From Candidatus Saccharimonadota bacterium (GTDB lineage Bacteria > Patescibacteriota > Gracilibacteria > UBA1369 > 2-02-FULL-48-14): DNA of 32,000 bases. The notes beneath the pieces were generated by a model. The model worked only from the letters and a program-made list of their open reading frames with translations, was not told the origin of the DNA and ran no database searches. Each line of letters opens with the position of its first letter. The first letter of the stretch is position 1. Positions 8,796 through 18,247 of the stretch are shown here, in pieces. The position numbers and the translations under genes were made by a program. Location of the stretch: NCBI GenBank assembly GCA_016699145.1, contig CP064962.1, positions 1,020,001 through 1,052,000 on the forward strand, given 5' to 3'.

Positions 8796-9641
8796 ATGAG
8801 CATGCAAAAAACATCCGACTTCAATCGCATCGCTAGGGCCATTGATTTTCTACAAAAGAATTTCAAAAACCAACCCAGCCTAGAAAAAATAGCAGCTCAT
8901 GTGGGGCTTTCTTCTTTTCATTTTCAGAAATCATTCACCGAATGGGCTGGAGTAAGCCCAAAGAAATTCATACAATTTCTCAGTTTGGACCATGCAAAGA
9001 AACGGCTTGCCGCACAGGATGGCACACTAGAAACGGCATTAAAAACAGGTCTTTCAGGCACGGGCCGTCTCCACGATCTTTTTTTGCACATCGAAGCCAT
9101 GACACCTGGAGAGTACAAGAATGGAGGCGAAAATTTAGTCCTCAGCTACCATTTTTTTGAGACTCTTTTTGGACAAGCACTTGTGGCATCCACTTCCAAA
9201 GGCCTGAATTATTTAGCCTTTGGAGAAGATAAAAAAGCCGTATTGAAGGAGTTTAAATCTCACACTCCAAAAGCGACTTTTATAGAGAAAGAAACCCATT
9301 TTCAAAGAGCTGCGCTGACTTTTTTTGAGAAAATCAAAACACCTCAAAAATTAACACTGCATCTAAAAGGATCTCCTTGCCAGCTCAAGGTCTGGGAAGC
9401 CTTATTAAAAATTCCTGAAGGACAAATTTCAACGTATGGAAAAGTAGCAGCTCAAATCCAAAATCCCAAAGCCTGTCGTGCTGTAGGAAGCGCAGTAGGG
9501 AACAATCCGGTTTCTTTTTTAATTCCTTGTCATCGAGTGATTCAAGCTGGAGGACAATTTGGCCATTATCATTGGGGCCCCCTTCGAAAAGCAGCCATGC
9601 TCGGTTGGGAAGCGGCCCATTGCAAGCGAAAACTACTCTAA
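8796..9641 (+). CDS. AraC-type HTH regulator fused to methylated-DNA-protein-cysteine methyltransferase (Ada/Ogt-like)
   Basis: N-terminal AraC HTH (IAAHVGLSSFHFQKSFTEWAGVSPKKFIQ) and C-terminal MGMT active site IPCHRVI with a helix-turn-wing segment (ISTYGKVAA...ACRAVGSAVGNNP). ATG 8796 is preferred over TTG 8754. Confidence 0.85.
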   Translation: MSMQKTSDFNRIARAIDFLQKNFKNQPSLEKIAAHVGLSSFHFQKSFTEWAGVSPKKFIQFLSLDHAKKRLAAQDGTLETALKTGLSGTGRLHDLFLHIEAMTPGEYKNGGENLVLSYHFFETLFGQALVASTSKGLNYLAFGEDKKAVLKEFKSHTPKATFIEKETHFQRAALTFFEKIKTPQKLTLHLKGSPCQLKVWEALLKIPEGQISTYGKVAAQIQNPKACRAVGSAVGNNPVSFLIPCHRVIQAGGQFGHYHWGPLRKAAMLGWEAAHCKRKLL

Positions 9642-11630
9642 AATCGCACGAATCCTCCGAATGCCAGCTGAAGACGCCTCCTCTTTAACGATTTTGAAGT
9701 TTTTACCCAAAAGTCCCGTATGTTCCACATGAGGGCCTCCACAGATTTCCTTGGAGTAATCGCCCATGAAATAGACTTTTACGCGCCCGTCGAGTTCGCC
9801 TTCATACTTGTCCACAAAAACTCCCGTTGCATCGATTTTGCGCGCTTGTTCGACGCTCATCTCTTCAAAGCGTACAGGGTAATCCGCTTGAATCGCATCG
9901 TTCACAATTTTTTCAACTTGAGCGATTTGTTCAGGAGTCAATTTGTCGGAATAATTGAAGTCAAAACGCAGGCGTTCTTGAGTGATGTTGGAACCTTTTT
10001 GTTCCACGGTTTTGCCGAGCACGCGGCGCAGCGCCTCGAGCATGAGGTGGGTCGCGGTATGCAATTTGGTCGTTTCAAAACTGTGATCAGCAAGTCCTCC
10101 TGCAAACTTTTGTTCAGAGCCTGCACGCGACTTTTCTTGATGCTGAGCAAAGGCTTTTTCAAACCCTTCGGTATCCACCTTAATGCCGCGCTCCTTCATC
10201 ATTTCTACGGTCATTTCCAAAGGAAATCCAAAACTTTCAAAGTAAAAAAAGGCCCGTTCGCCGCGTAAAGTCCAGCCAGAATTTCGTAGGCCCATGGCCA
10301 CGTCGCGCACCGTAAGCAGCACGCTTTCATCCACGTTTTTTTCAGCCGCCGCCGCCTTGAATTCCGCGCGAAGTTTTCCAAGCACTGGTCGCAAAATTGG
10401 GTTTAAAATGGCAAGCACATCTTTGTTGCCCACCACCTGGCTGAGGGCATTGAGTCCGGTTTCGAGGCGAGCCACGGTGGAGCCTAAAGCCAAAGCCTCC
10501 ACGGCTTCGCTCACACGCAGCACATCTTTTTCGAGTTCATTTTCTCCGTTGGCCAACGCCTTTTGAAACTGCTCTTCTTCTTTGTCCAAACTGTCCACAA
10601 TACGTTTTTCATATTTCGCTAATTCTTTGTAAACTTCGCCATAAATACCGATGAAAAGACGAGCCAGATCAGAAGTAAAAGCGCCTTCAATGCCCAGCTT
10701 GCGTCCATGGCGAATGGCACGACGAATGAGGCGCCGCAGCACGTAACCTTGGTCCACATTCGAAGGAGTCACTCCGCGTTCGTCCCCCAAAATAAAAGTC
10801 GCACTGCGAATGTGATCCGCAATGATGCGTTCACTCACGATGTTTTCGCTGCGAGCCAATTTGCGGATGTGAGCGATCACCGGCGCGAAGAGTTCTGTTT
10901 CGTACAAATTGTCGCGGCCTTGCAAAATGGGTGTCACACGATCAAGTCCCATTCCTGTATCTACATTTTGTTGGGCGAGGGGAGTGTAGGAACCGTCTTC
11001 GTTCTTGTTGTATTGCATGAACACATCGTTCCAAATCTCCACCCAACGTTTGTCTTTGGGGTCGTAGATTTCGGGCGCCGCACCTTCACCGGTCCAGTAG
11101 AACATTTCGGTGTCTGGTCCACACGGGCCGGTTTGTCCAGCGGGCCCCCACCAGTTGTCTTCTTTAGGAAGGAAGACGATGCGTTCATCCGGCATGCCCA
11201 GTGAGCGCCAAATGGCAGCCGCCTCTTCATCGCGAGGCGCATTTTCGTCTCCTTCAAAACAAGTCACAGCCAAGTTTTTGGGATCGATACCCAGCTCTTC
11301 CGTCAAAAATTCATAAGACATTTTAATAGCTCCCTCCTTAAAATAATCGCCCAGCGACCAATTCCCCAGCATTTCGAAAAAAGTGCAATGCGTCCGGTCG
11401 CCCACTTCTTCAATGTCCCCAGTGCGGATGCATTTTTGCACATCCACGAGGCGCGTCCCTTCCGGGTGTTTTTCACCCATCAAATAAGGCACCAGCGGAT
11501 GCATTCCTGCCGTAGTGAACAAAACCGTCGGATCGTTTTCAGGGATCAAACTGGAGCCGGGAATGATCTTGTGCCCATGTTTTTGAGCAAAGAAATTCAG
11601 ATATTTTTGGCGAAGTCCGGAAGCAAGCAT
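9633..11630 (-). CDS. alaS: alanine--tRNA ligase, short form lacking the C-Ala domain
   Basis: Class II AlaRS N-terminus (FTTAGMHPLVPYLMG, CIRTGDIEEVG, FFEMLGNWSLGDYFK) and editing-domain motifs (HTATHLM, CGGPHV). Ends at GIRRIRAILE directly after the editing domain. Confidence 0.95.
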   Translation of the reverse strand: MLASGLRQKYLNFFAQKHGHKIIPGSSLIPENDPTVLFTTAGMHPLVPYLMGEKHPEGTRLVDVQKCIRTGDIEEVGDRTHCTFFEMLGNWSLGDYFKEGAIKMSYEFLTEELGIDPKNLAVTCFEGDENAPRDEEAAAIWRSLGMPDERIVFLPKEDNWWGPAGQTGPCGPDTEMFYWTGEGAAPEIYDPKDKRWVEIWNDVFMQYNKNEDGSYTPLAQQNVDTGMGLDRVTPILQGRDNLYETELFAPVIAHIRKLARSENIVSERIIADHIRSATFILGDERGVTPSNVDQGYVLRRLIRRAIRHGRKLGIEGAFTSDLARLFIGIYGEVYKELAKYEKRIVDSLDKEEEQFQKALANGENELEKDVLRVSEAVEALALGSTVARLETGLNALSQVVGNKDVLAILNPILRPVLGKLRAEFKAAAAEKNVDESVLLTVRDVAMGLRNSGWTLRGERAFFYFESFGFPLEMTVEMMKERGIKVDTEGFEKAFAQHQEKSRAGSEQKFAGGLADHSFETTKLHTATHLMLEALRRVLGKTVEQKGSNITQERLRFDFNYSDKLTPEQIAQVEKIVNDAIQADYPVRFEEMSVEQARKIDATGVFVDKYEGELDGRVKVYFMGDYSKEICGGPHVEHTGLLGKNFKIVKEEASSAGIRRIRAILE

Positions 11631-11739
11631 ATTTTAAATTTTTTTTGGAGAACCGAATTCTAACATAGGGCCCTGGGCCCACCAATAGAACATCAACACG
11701 CTGGTCTTTTTTTGGATTAGCCTCTAAACTCTGTCCACA

Positions 11740-13191
11740 ATGTCCACCCAACTCAGCACTGAAAAATTGCCCAAAGGCCTCTTCCTCGCGAGCTTCATTC
11801 TGCTGGCGTGGCTGGCTGTTTTTGCCGTCGTGGTGCGGTGGAACGCCCTGCCCAATCTAGCCGAACTTTTGCCCAAAGAAGAAACCGAAGCCTTTTGGAT
11901 GCTCGAGCTAGACGACTTAAAAAAGTCGCAAATGACAAGTCCTGCGGCCTTCAATACTTTTTTGAACACTCCTCTAGAAAATCTGCCTTGGGTGAGTCGC
12001 GTAGGAGGGGCTTGGATGAAAAGTGGAGACCTTTCGATTGCAGAAGTGAACTCCAAAGCTGAGGCGCAGGATTTTTTGGAAAGCCTCAAAACTCCCGAAG
12101 AAGAATTTTTGAAAGAATCCTTGGATGGATCTTTATGGAGCACGGTCTATTGTTACAGTGAAACTCAACCCTATTGCTTCACCTGGGTCGGGGATTTGCT
12201 TTTCGTTGCCGATCAAAAAGAGCTGCTGATTTCAGTGCAAAAAACAGCCTTGGGTGAGCTAGAAAACCTGGAATCGGACGGAAAATATCAAAATGTTCGA
12301 GGCCGCTTGGCACACTGGAACGGGGGTTTTTACTACTTGGACCTGCAAAAAGTCAGTCGCCGTTTCATGGACGATTTTGGAGCTGCAGCTTCTCTTTTAC
12401 AACTTTTCCCATCCATGGGCGGAGCACTGGAGTACCCCAATGCCGAAAGCTTTTTGGCGGTGGACAAAACCTTATTGGGGGATCAAGTTTTTTACCGTCC
12501 TGAAGAAAGCTACCAAAAAAAATTCTTACCCTGGACTTCCAAAGAACTCGCCTGGGAATGGGGAGGACAAAATCTCTACGCCCAATGGAAGCGCATGGAA
12601 GAAATTTTAAGTGAAAACAGTCCCTCTGCCGGCATCGTTTGGCGAGCGGAAACCATGGCGCTTTTCACCCGCTGGTTTGGAGCGGATTTCAATTTTGAAA
12701 CGCAATTTGCTCCTTTTTTGGATAAAGAGCAGTATTTTGCATTCACCCCAAACGGACATTTCCTTTTCATTACGGAACTCGAAGCAGGGGAGGCCAAACA
12801 GTTGGATGAACTTAAAAATCAACTCATTTCTAAATTGCCCGAACAAGCAATACTGGAACAAGTGAAGAAAAACGACTCTTTAAGCTATGAGCTAAAAGTC
12901 GACGGGCAAGTGCAATTCACTTTCATGGTTTTAAACAACGCCTTTATCCTTTCTGACTCCCCTCAATTGGCTTTGTCTACACTGGACAGAGCCCTTGGAC
13001 AAGAAGAACCTCGCAATTTACAGGAGTTTTCAGACCTTTTATCAGGGGCCGACGAAGTCGTGATTCTGCATTGTCCACTCCTGCCCGATGGGAATATACT
13101 AAAGACCCTGGGAGGGAAGGAAAGCATCCTCTCAACGCGAAAACTCTTTGACGACGGAGTCTTCACTCGCACTCATTTCAGTCATGATTAG
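11740..13191 (+). CDS. membrane-anchored hypothetical protein (possibly DUF3352-like)
   Basis: 483-aa ORF with one N-terminal TM helix (LFLASFILLAWLAVFAVVV). The family assignment is a weak recollection only. Confidence 0.55.
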   Translation: MSTQLSTEKLPKGLFLASFILLAWLAVFAVVVRWNALPNLAELLPKEETEAFWMLELDDLKKSQMTSPAAFNTFLNTPLENLPWVSRVGGAWMKSGDLSIAEVNSKAEAQDFLESLKTPEEEFLKESLDGSLWSTVYCYSETQPYCFTWVGDLLFVADQKELLISVQKTALGELENLESDGKYQNVRGRLAHWNGGFYYLDLQKVSRRFMDDFGAAASLLQLFPSMGGALEYPNAESFLAVDKTLLGDQVFYRPEESYQKKFLPWTSKELAWEWGGQNLYAQWKRMEEILSENSPSAGIVWRAETMALFTRWFGADFNFETQFAPFLDKEQYFAFTPNGHFLFITELEAGEAKQLDELKNQLISKLPEQAILEQVKKNDSLSYELKVDGQVQFTFMVLNNAFILSDSPQLALSTLDRALGQEEPRNLQEFSDLLSGADEVVILHCPLLPDGNILKTLGGKESILSTRKLFDDGVFTRTHFSHD

Positions 13192-15298
13192 ACTCGACAT
13201 CGGTCCCGAACCCAACCTGCCACGCCCCTCAGCTAAAAAGTCAAAACACGTGGTGGATTTAAAGACGCTCGATGGAGCTAAAAAAATAGAGGCTCATAGC
13301 AAGGTGACGTTGAACATGAAAGAAGAAATTCGCATGCGAACTTTGACTCCCGATAAAATTCAAATTGTTGGAAAAAATTATGGTCGTCGTCGAGGACTCG
13401 GACGCATCCCCATGCTCATTGCAGCGCTCGCCATGATCCTTCTTTTGAATGTGGGTCAACTTCTCTTTTTGGGCAAACGCCAAGGGGAAGAGGCGCTCGC
13501 GCTCGCCAGCCAAGGGTTCATGACCCTGCAAGGGGCCGGCCAATCCTTCACAACAGGGGAATCCGGTGGGGACATTTTGCTCTTCAATCAAGCCGAACAA
13601 CTGTTTGAGGAAGCCAAGCAAGAGGGTGCCTTTCTGCTCAACACGCCCACTCCTTGGCTCGACGAACCCGCTCAAGTCAAAAGCCTGCGCAACATTTTAG
13701 ATGCGGGCAGCCTCATGGCCAGCATTGGGGTGCACCTCAGTGAAGCCAAAGTGGCGCTAGAACTTTTGCCCAAAGAAGGCTCGCTCACCGAACATCTACG
13801 CCAAGTTTCAACAAGCCATTTGGAACCCGCCGCAGACGAAATCACAAAAATCAACCGCTTGCTGAATGAGGTGGATCTCACCGGCACTGGTTACGAAAGT
13901 CAATTCGCCGAATACCAAAGCAAACTCTTGGCTTTAGAAAACATGCTCACTCTGTGGGTCGCCATCAAAGAGCCCTTGCTCACAGCCCTGGGCGACACTC
14001 ATCCACAAACTTACCTCGTGCTCTTGCAAAACAACGACGAAATGCGTTTGGGAGGGGGCTTCATCGGCAGTTTTGTACTGGTCACGCTCAACGACGGACG
14101 CCTCACTCAAATGGATTTTCACGACGTTTATGAATACGACGGTCAGTATCACGGCAATTTAGAAGTGCCCCTTCACGAACTCAGAGAACTCACACCCATT
14201 TGGCGCCTGCGCGACAGCAATATTTCCCCTGATTTCAGTGTCTCTGCACAAAAGGCAGCGTGGTTTTTAGAAGAAGAAGGAGGCCCGGGAGTGGATGGAG
14301 TGATCGCCGTCAACTTATCTTCAGCACAAGCCTTTTTAGAGGTCACCGGACCGCTCACCCTCGCATCCTTGCCTCGGTCGCTGAACGCCGAAGATTTGCC
14401 TTCTGTGCTAGCCACCCTCGTTGAATCCAAGACCTATGGAGCCACGACGCCCAAAGCCATTTTAAACGAACTGCTCACCGCTTTTTCTGAAAAAGCAAAA
14501 GACCCCGCTTTGGCCGCACAATTGTTCTTTGCAGCCTGGCAAGAAACCCAAAACAAATCGCTGAGTTTCTACCACAAAGACCCTGCCATCCAAACTCTTT
14601 TCGAATCCATGGATATGGCCGGTGCCCTTCCAAACCTCAATGAACTCAGCGCAGAAACCGAAATGCCAAGCGATTATTTCATGCCTCTTTTCACCAACAT
14701 CGGGGGCAACAAAACCGACCGATATGTGGAATCCGCAGTAAGTCACAACACACAAATTTTAGAAGATGGAAGCATGGTGGTGACGGTGGAAATGACACGC
14801 ATCCATAGCTTTACGGAAACCACTGAAAACGCACTCAAAGACACGCTCAGGAATTACGGCTTCGCTGCTTGGAACGACGCCCTTCTTTACACCTTGGGCA
14901 AGGCCAACAATCAAACGGGCATCCGCCTCTATGTGCCGGAAGGAGCTCAACTTTTAGAAACTCAGGGCCTTTACAAAGACGAAGTCCAATTTTTCTACGA
15001 TCCATCCGAGGATCACAGCTACTTTTATTTTGATCAAAACTTGGAACCCGGCGAAGCTCAAACCGTGACTTTACAGTGGGCCTTACCCTGGAAATTTCAA
15101 GGAGAGTTCCAAGAGTACCACTTCAATTGGTTCAAACAGCCCGGCCTCAAAAACACCACTTTCACCAAGACTGTGAGTGCTCCCAATGACATTTTGCTTT
15201 CTTCCATTCCCGCCGCCACTCAAACCGAAAAAGGCTACGACTACACTTATGAGACCAGCACTTCAGGCGACCTCGACTTCACCTTGTTGTACCGCTAA
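13184..15298 (+). CDS. DUF4012 domain-containing membrane-anchored protein
   Basis: LLQNNDEMRLGGGFIGSFVLVTLNDG...DVYEYDG...RDSNISPDF...GVDGVIAVN matches the DUF4012 core as I remember it. TM helix IPMLIAALAMILLLNVGQLLFL. ATG 13184 overlaps the upstream stop (ATGATTAG). Confidence 0.75.
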   Translation: MIRLDIGPEPNLPRPSAKKSKHVVDLKTLDGAKKIEAHSKVTLNMKEEIRMRTLTPDKIQIVGKNYGRRRGLGRIPMLIAALAMILLLNVGQLLFLGKRQGEEALALASQGFMTLQGAGQSFTTGESGGDILLFNQAEQLFEEAKQEGAFLLNTPTPWLDEPAQVKSLRNILDAGSLMASIGVHLSEAKVALELLPKEGSLTEHLRQVSTSHLEPAADEITKINRLLNEVDLTGTGYESQFAEYQSKLLALENMLTLWVAIKEPLLTALGDTHPQTYLVLLQNNDEMRLGGGFIGSFVLVTLNDGRLTQMDFHDVYEYDGQYHGNLEVPLHELRELTPIWRLRDSNISPDFSVSAQKAAWFLEEEGGPGVDGVIAVNLSSAQAFLEVTGPLTLASLPRSLNAEDLPSVLATLVESKTYGATTPKAILNELLTAFSEKAKDPALAAQLFFAAWQETQNKSLSFYHKDPAIQTLFESMDMAGALPNLNELSAETEMPSDYFMPLFTNIGGNKTDRYVESAVSHNTQILEDGSMVVTVEMTRIHSFTETTENALKDTLRNYGFAAWNDALLYTLGKANNQTGIRLYVPEGAQLLETQGLYKDEVQFFYDPSEDHSYFYFDQNLEPGEAQTVTLQWALPWKFQGEFQEYHFNWFKQPGLKNTTFTKTVSAPNDILLSSIPAATQTEKGYDYTYETSTSGDLDFTLLYR

Positions 15299-17031
15299 AA
15301 ATTTCTGCGCTTGAACAATTCCTCCAGCTTTTCATGAGTCCATGTGAAAAGGGCCGGTCTTCCATGCGGACAATGCGTGCAATTCGGCGTCACGGCCATG
15401 TCTTTAATGAGCGCCTCCATTTCAAGCATGTTCAAGGCATCGCCGAATTTAATGGCCCCACGACATGCCGTCACCGTCGCCAAAACTTCTCGCACATTTT
15501 TCACATGATTTTGTTTCCATTCCTTCGTCACATCCGCAAGCACTTCCTTGAGCACCGCTTCAGGATCGCGCTTTTCCAAGCCCAAAGGCACCGCCCGGAT
15601 CAAAAAAGTATTGCCTCCAAATTCTTCGATTTCATAACCGAGTTCGGCAAAAGCGGCTGCATGCTCTCGCAAAAGTTGAGCGCTTTCCACTCCCAAATCC
15701 AATTGCAGGGGAGTGAGCAAGGCTTGCGAATAGGAAGCGTGCGAATCCACCGTTTTCATGAGTCGTTCATAACGCACTCGCTCGTGAGCCGCGTGCTGGT
15801 CAATCAATACCAGCCCCTCCGGACTTTCAGCCACAATATAGCGATTGTAAACTTGAGTGAGCGGACGCAATTGCAAGGTCTTCACCTCTATAAAACGGTG
15901 CTCCCGTTCCAGCGAAGCCACGGATTTTTCAGGCCTTTCCTCAGAACCATCGAAACTTAAAAAAGAAAGCGATTCGGTACTTTTGTCTGGGCTTGATCCG
16001 CTCGTAGCCACCGCTGCCACTCGCCCCAAAAGCGGACTCAAAGTGGCATGTTCAAGCGCATGTTTCACGGCTCCAAAAACAATGCGATAGATTTCTTGCG
16101 TGTTCACAAATTTCACCTCCAATTTGCGAGGATGCACATTCACATCCACAAAGGCCGGGTCCATGGTCAGCTCCAAAACATACCAAGGAAACTTGTCGTT
16201 CATGAGCAAAGAATGAAAAGCTTCTTGCACCGCATGACCCACGAGGCGATTTTGAATGGGATGTCCGTTCACGAATAAAAACTGATATTTACGACTGCTG
16301 CGCGAAAGTTCGGGTTTGCCCACGAAACCTCTCAAAATCACATTGCTTTGTTCATAAGTCACAGGCACTAAGGCATCTGCGGTTTGGCCTCCATAAAGCA
16401 CCCGAATGCGCTCGTGCAGCGTTTGCCCAGACGGCAAATCAAAAACCAATTCTCCATCTTTCAATAAACGAAAACCCACGTTCGGATGTGCCATGGCCAG
16501 TTCACTCAAAATATCGAAGCAGTGGCCGTATTCCGTCGCTTCCGATTTCATGTATTTGCGCCGTGCCGGTGTGGGATGAAAAAGTCCGGTAATAGTGATC
16601 TCGGTTCCTTCACTACACGCTGTTTCTTCATGGCGCAGCAATTTTCCAGCATCCAATTCTAAAGCCGTACCCATTCGCTCGCCGACGGGTCGCGTCTTCA
16701 AAAGCACATGAGCAATGCTGGCGATGCTTGCCAAGGCTTCCCCACGAAAGCCCAAACTCGCAAGAGAAAACAAGTCCTCTACGGTGGCGATTTTACTGGT
16801 GGCATGAGCGGTAAAAGCGAGCGCCGCATCCTCAAAACTCATGCCCGAACCCCGATCCACCACACGAATTTTTTGAAGCCCGCCCCCTTCTATTTCCACC
16901 GAAATCGAAGAAGTTCCGCTATCCAAACTGTTTTCCACCAACTCCTTAAGAGCCGAAGCCGGGCGTTCCACCACTTCCCCCGCCGCAATTTGGCTGATCA
17001 ATTCCGGACTGAGCAGACGAATAACACTCAT
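15295..17031 (-). CDS. mutL: DNA mismatch repair protein MutL
   Basis: GHKL ATPase N-terminus IAAGEVVERPASALKELVENSLDSG and DRGSGM, plus a C-terminal dimerisation/endonuclease region (CPHGRP). Confidence 0.95.
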   Translation of the reverse strand: MSVIRLLSPELISQIAAGEVVERPASALKELVENSLDSGTSSISVEIEGGGLQKIRVVDRGSGMSFEDAALAFTAHATSKIATVEDLFSLASLGFRGEALASIASIAHVLLKTRPVGERMGTALELDAGKLLRHEETACSEGTEITITGLFHPTPARRKYMKSEATEYGHCFDILSELAMAHPNVGFRLLKDGELVFDLPSGQTLHERIRVLYGGQTADALVPVTYEQSNVILRGFVGKPELSRSSRKYQFLFVNGHPIQNRLVGHAVQEAFHSLLMNDKFPWYVLELTMDPAFVDVNVHPRKLEVKFVNTQEIYRIVFGAVKHALEHATLSPLLGRVAAVATSGSSPDKSTESLSFLSFDGSEERPEKSVASLEREHRFIEVKTLQLRPLTQVYNRYIVAESPEGLVLIDQHAAHERVRYERLMKTVDSHASYSQALLTPLQLDLGVESAQLLREHAAAFAELGYEIEEFGGNTFLIRAVPLGLEKRDPEAVLKEVLADVTKEWKQNHVKNVREVLATVTACRGAIKFGDALNMLEMEALIKDMAVTPNCTHCPHGRPALFTWTHEKLEELFKRRNF

Positions 17032-17073
17032 GGCTGCAGTTTAACACAATTTGAAAAGGCAAGCCCAGTTCCT

Positions 17074-17134
17074 ACGTAGTTTCACGAATTTCAAGTACAG
17101 CTCAGGGGAAAAGGAAGAGGGAGTAGAGTAGAGA
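17074..17134. repeat. left terminal inverted repeat of the IS (imperfect)
   Basis: Reverse-complement similarity to 18149-18204, found by manual alignment with several gaps and mismatches. Confidence 0.55.
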
Positions 17135-17162
17135 TACTTTACTTCTTCACCCCAACTCCCTC

Positions 17163-18215
17163 ATGGAACAATATAACATGACGAAAGGCATTCGTGGACT
17201 GAGAAGATTACTTCGGCAGTTTAACGAAGCTACTTTAAAGCCCTGGCAGAGAGACGTACTTAGAGAAAGAATCCTTATTTTGGATTGGTACGACCATAAT
17301 GGAAAGAATAAAGCCAAGACTGCCAGGGCTTTTGAAACTTCTAGAAGCCACGTACAAAAGCTGGTGAAGGCCAGAAAGGAAGAAGGACTGGGTGGTCTTA
17401 TTCCGAAAATAACAGGACCCAATAACAAACGTGGATTTAATCTCACCAGTGAAGAGAAACAAGAGATTGAACGCTATGCAAGGATGTTTCCAGATTGGAG
17501 CCACAAGAAGCTTCACATGTTTCTTCACCAGCACAGCATTTCCACCTTGTACCGCTATTTGGCAGCAAAAGGATTACTGGTTCGTAATCGCTGCCCCGGG
17601 TTTCTCAAGAAACCAAAACCTAGGTCTGCTTGGAAAGTCCAAAGAAAAAAACTCCCCAAGGACTACCAAATCTTAAAACCTGGAGACTTGGTAGTCCTAG
17701 ATTCCATCGTTGAGTTTGTGGACAGCGCCTTCAACAAACTGTACTTCATTACCTGTGTGGATGTGGCCACCAGGATAGGTTTTGCACTCGTAACCAAGCA
17801 CCACAGTTCCAAGGCGGCCAAAGCTTTGCTGGAAAAGATGGAAGAAGTGCTCCAGACCAAGATTAAAGCTGTTTTAACAGACAACGGCAGTGAGTTCCTG
17901 GCGTACTTCCATAAAGCCTGCCAGCAGCAAGGGATTGAGCACTTCTTCACTCGCCCCAGAACACCAAAAGATAATGCGATTTGTGAGCGATTCAACCTTA
18001 CTTTGCAACAACACCTCTACTGGAGAGTGGACTTAACCAGTCCCATTTACAAGATTAATGAGGTGCTCGCGGATTGGCTCGTGGAGTATAATTGCCTTCG
18101 TCCACATGAATCTCTCAATATGAGACCTCCAGTTGCTCACTACTTTCATCTATTCTACTCCCCTCGCCCCATCCCCGAGGTGTACTTGAAACTATGGAAC
18201 CGGACAGTTCCTTGA
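17163..18215 (+). CDS. DDE transposase, integrase-core (rve) domain, IS481-like
   Basis: N-terminal HTH region; catalytic-core pattern VVLDS...LTDNGSEF...PKDNAICERFN and C-terminal YNCLRPHESL. AGA/AGG-rich Arg usage. The stop lies just beyond the candidate right IR and direct repeat. Confidence 0.9.
   Translation: MEQYNMTKGIRGLRRLLRQFNEATLKPWQRDVLRERILILDWYDHNGKNKAKTARAFETSRSHVQKLVKARKEEGLGGLIPKITGPNNKRGFNLTSEEKQEIERYARMFPDWSHKKLHMFLHQHSISTLYRYLAAKGLLVRNRCPGFLKKPKPRSAWKVQRKKLPKDYQILKPGDLVVLDSIVEFVDSAFNKLYFITCVDVATRIGFALVTKHHSSKAAKALLEKMEEVLQTKIKAVLTDNGSEFLAYFHKACQQQGIEHFFTRPRTPKDNAICERFNLTLQQHLYWRVDLTSPIYKINEVLADWLVEYNCLRPHESLNMRPPVAHYFHLFYSPRPIPEVYLKLWNRTVP
18149..18204. repeat. right terminal inverted repeat of the IS (imperfect, inside the transposase 3' end)
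   Basis: See the left IR entry; contains the perfect core TGTACTTGAAA at 18181-18191. Confidence 0.55.
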
Positions 18216-18247
18216 CCCGCCCCCCCTTCTGCGCTATCCTCCTTAAG

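Larger units (their letters stand above)
17074..18204 (+). mobile_element. IS481-family-like insertion sequence (~1.13 kb)
   Basis: Single rve/DDE transposase ORF flanked by imperfect terminal inverted repeats, with a perfect 11-bp core: TTTCAAGTACA 17089-17099 vs TGTACTTGAAA 18181-18191. Further matches: GGGAGTAGAGTAGAG 17119-17133 vs TCTATTCTACTCCC 18149-18162. An 8-bp direct repeat CAGTTCCT lies at 17066-17073 and 18205-18212 (candidate target-site duplication). Exact ends are uncertain. Confidence 0.7.

Noticed and set aside
11668-11680. GGGCCCTGGGCCC tandem self-complementary motif in the alaS/11740 divergent intergenic region
   Set aside because: It is short, each half is simply a palindromic hexamer, and I have no supporting context. 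It could be chance or a restriction-site-like motif.
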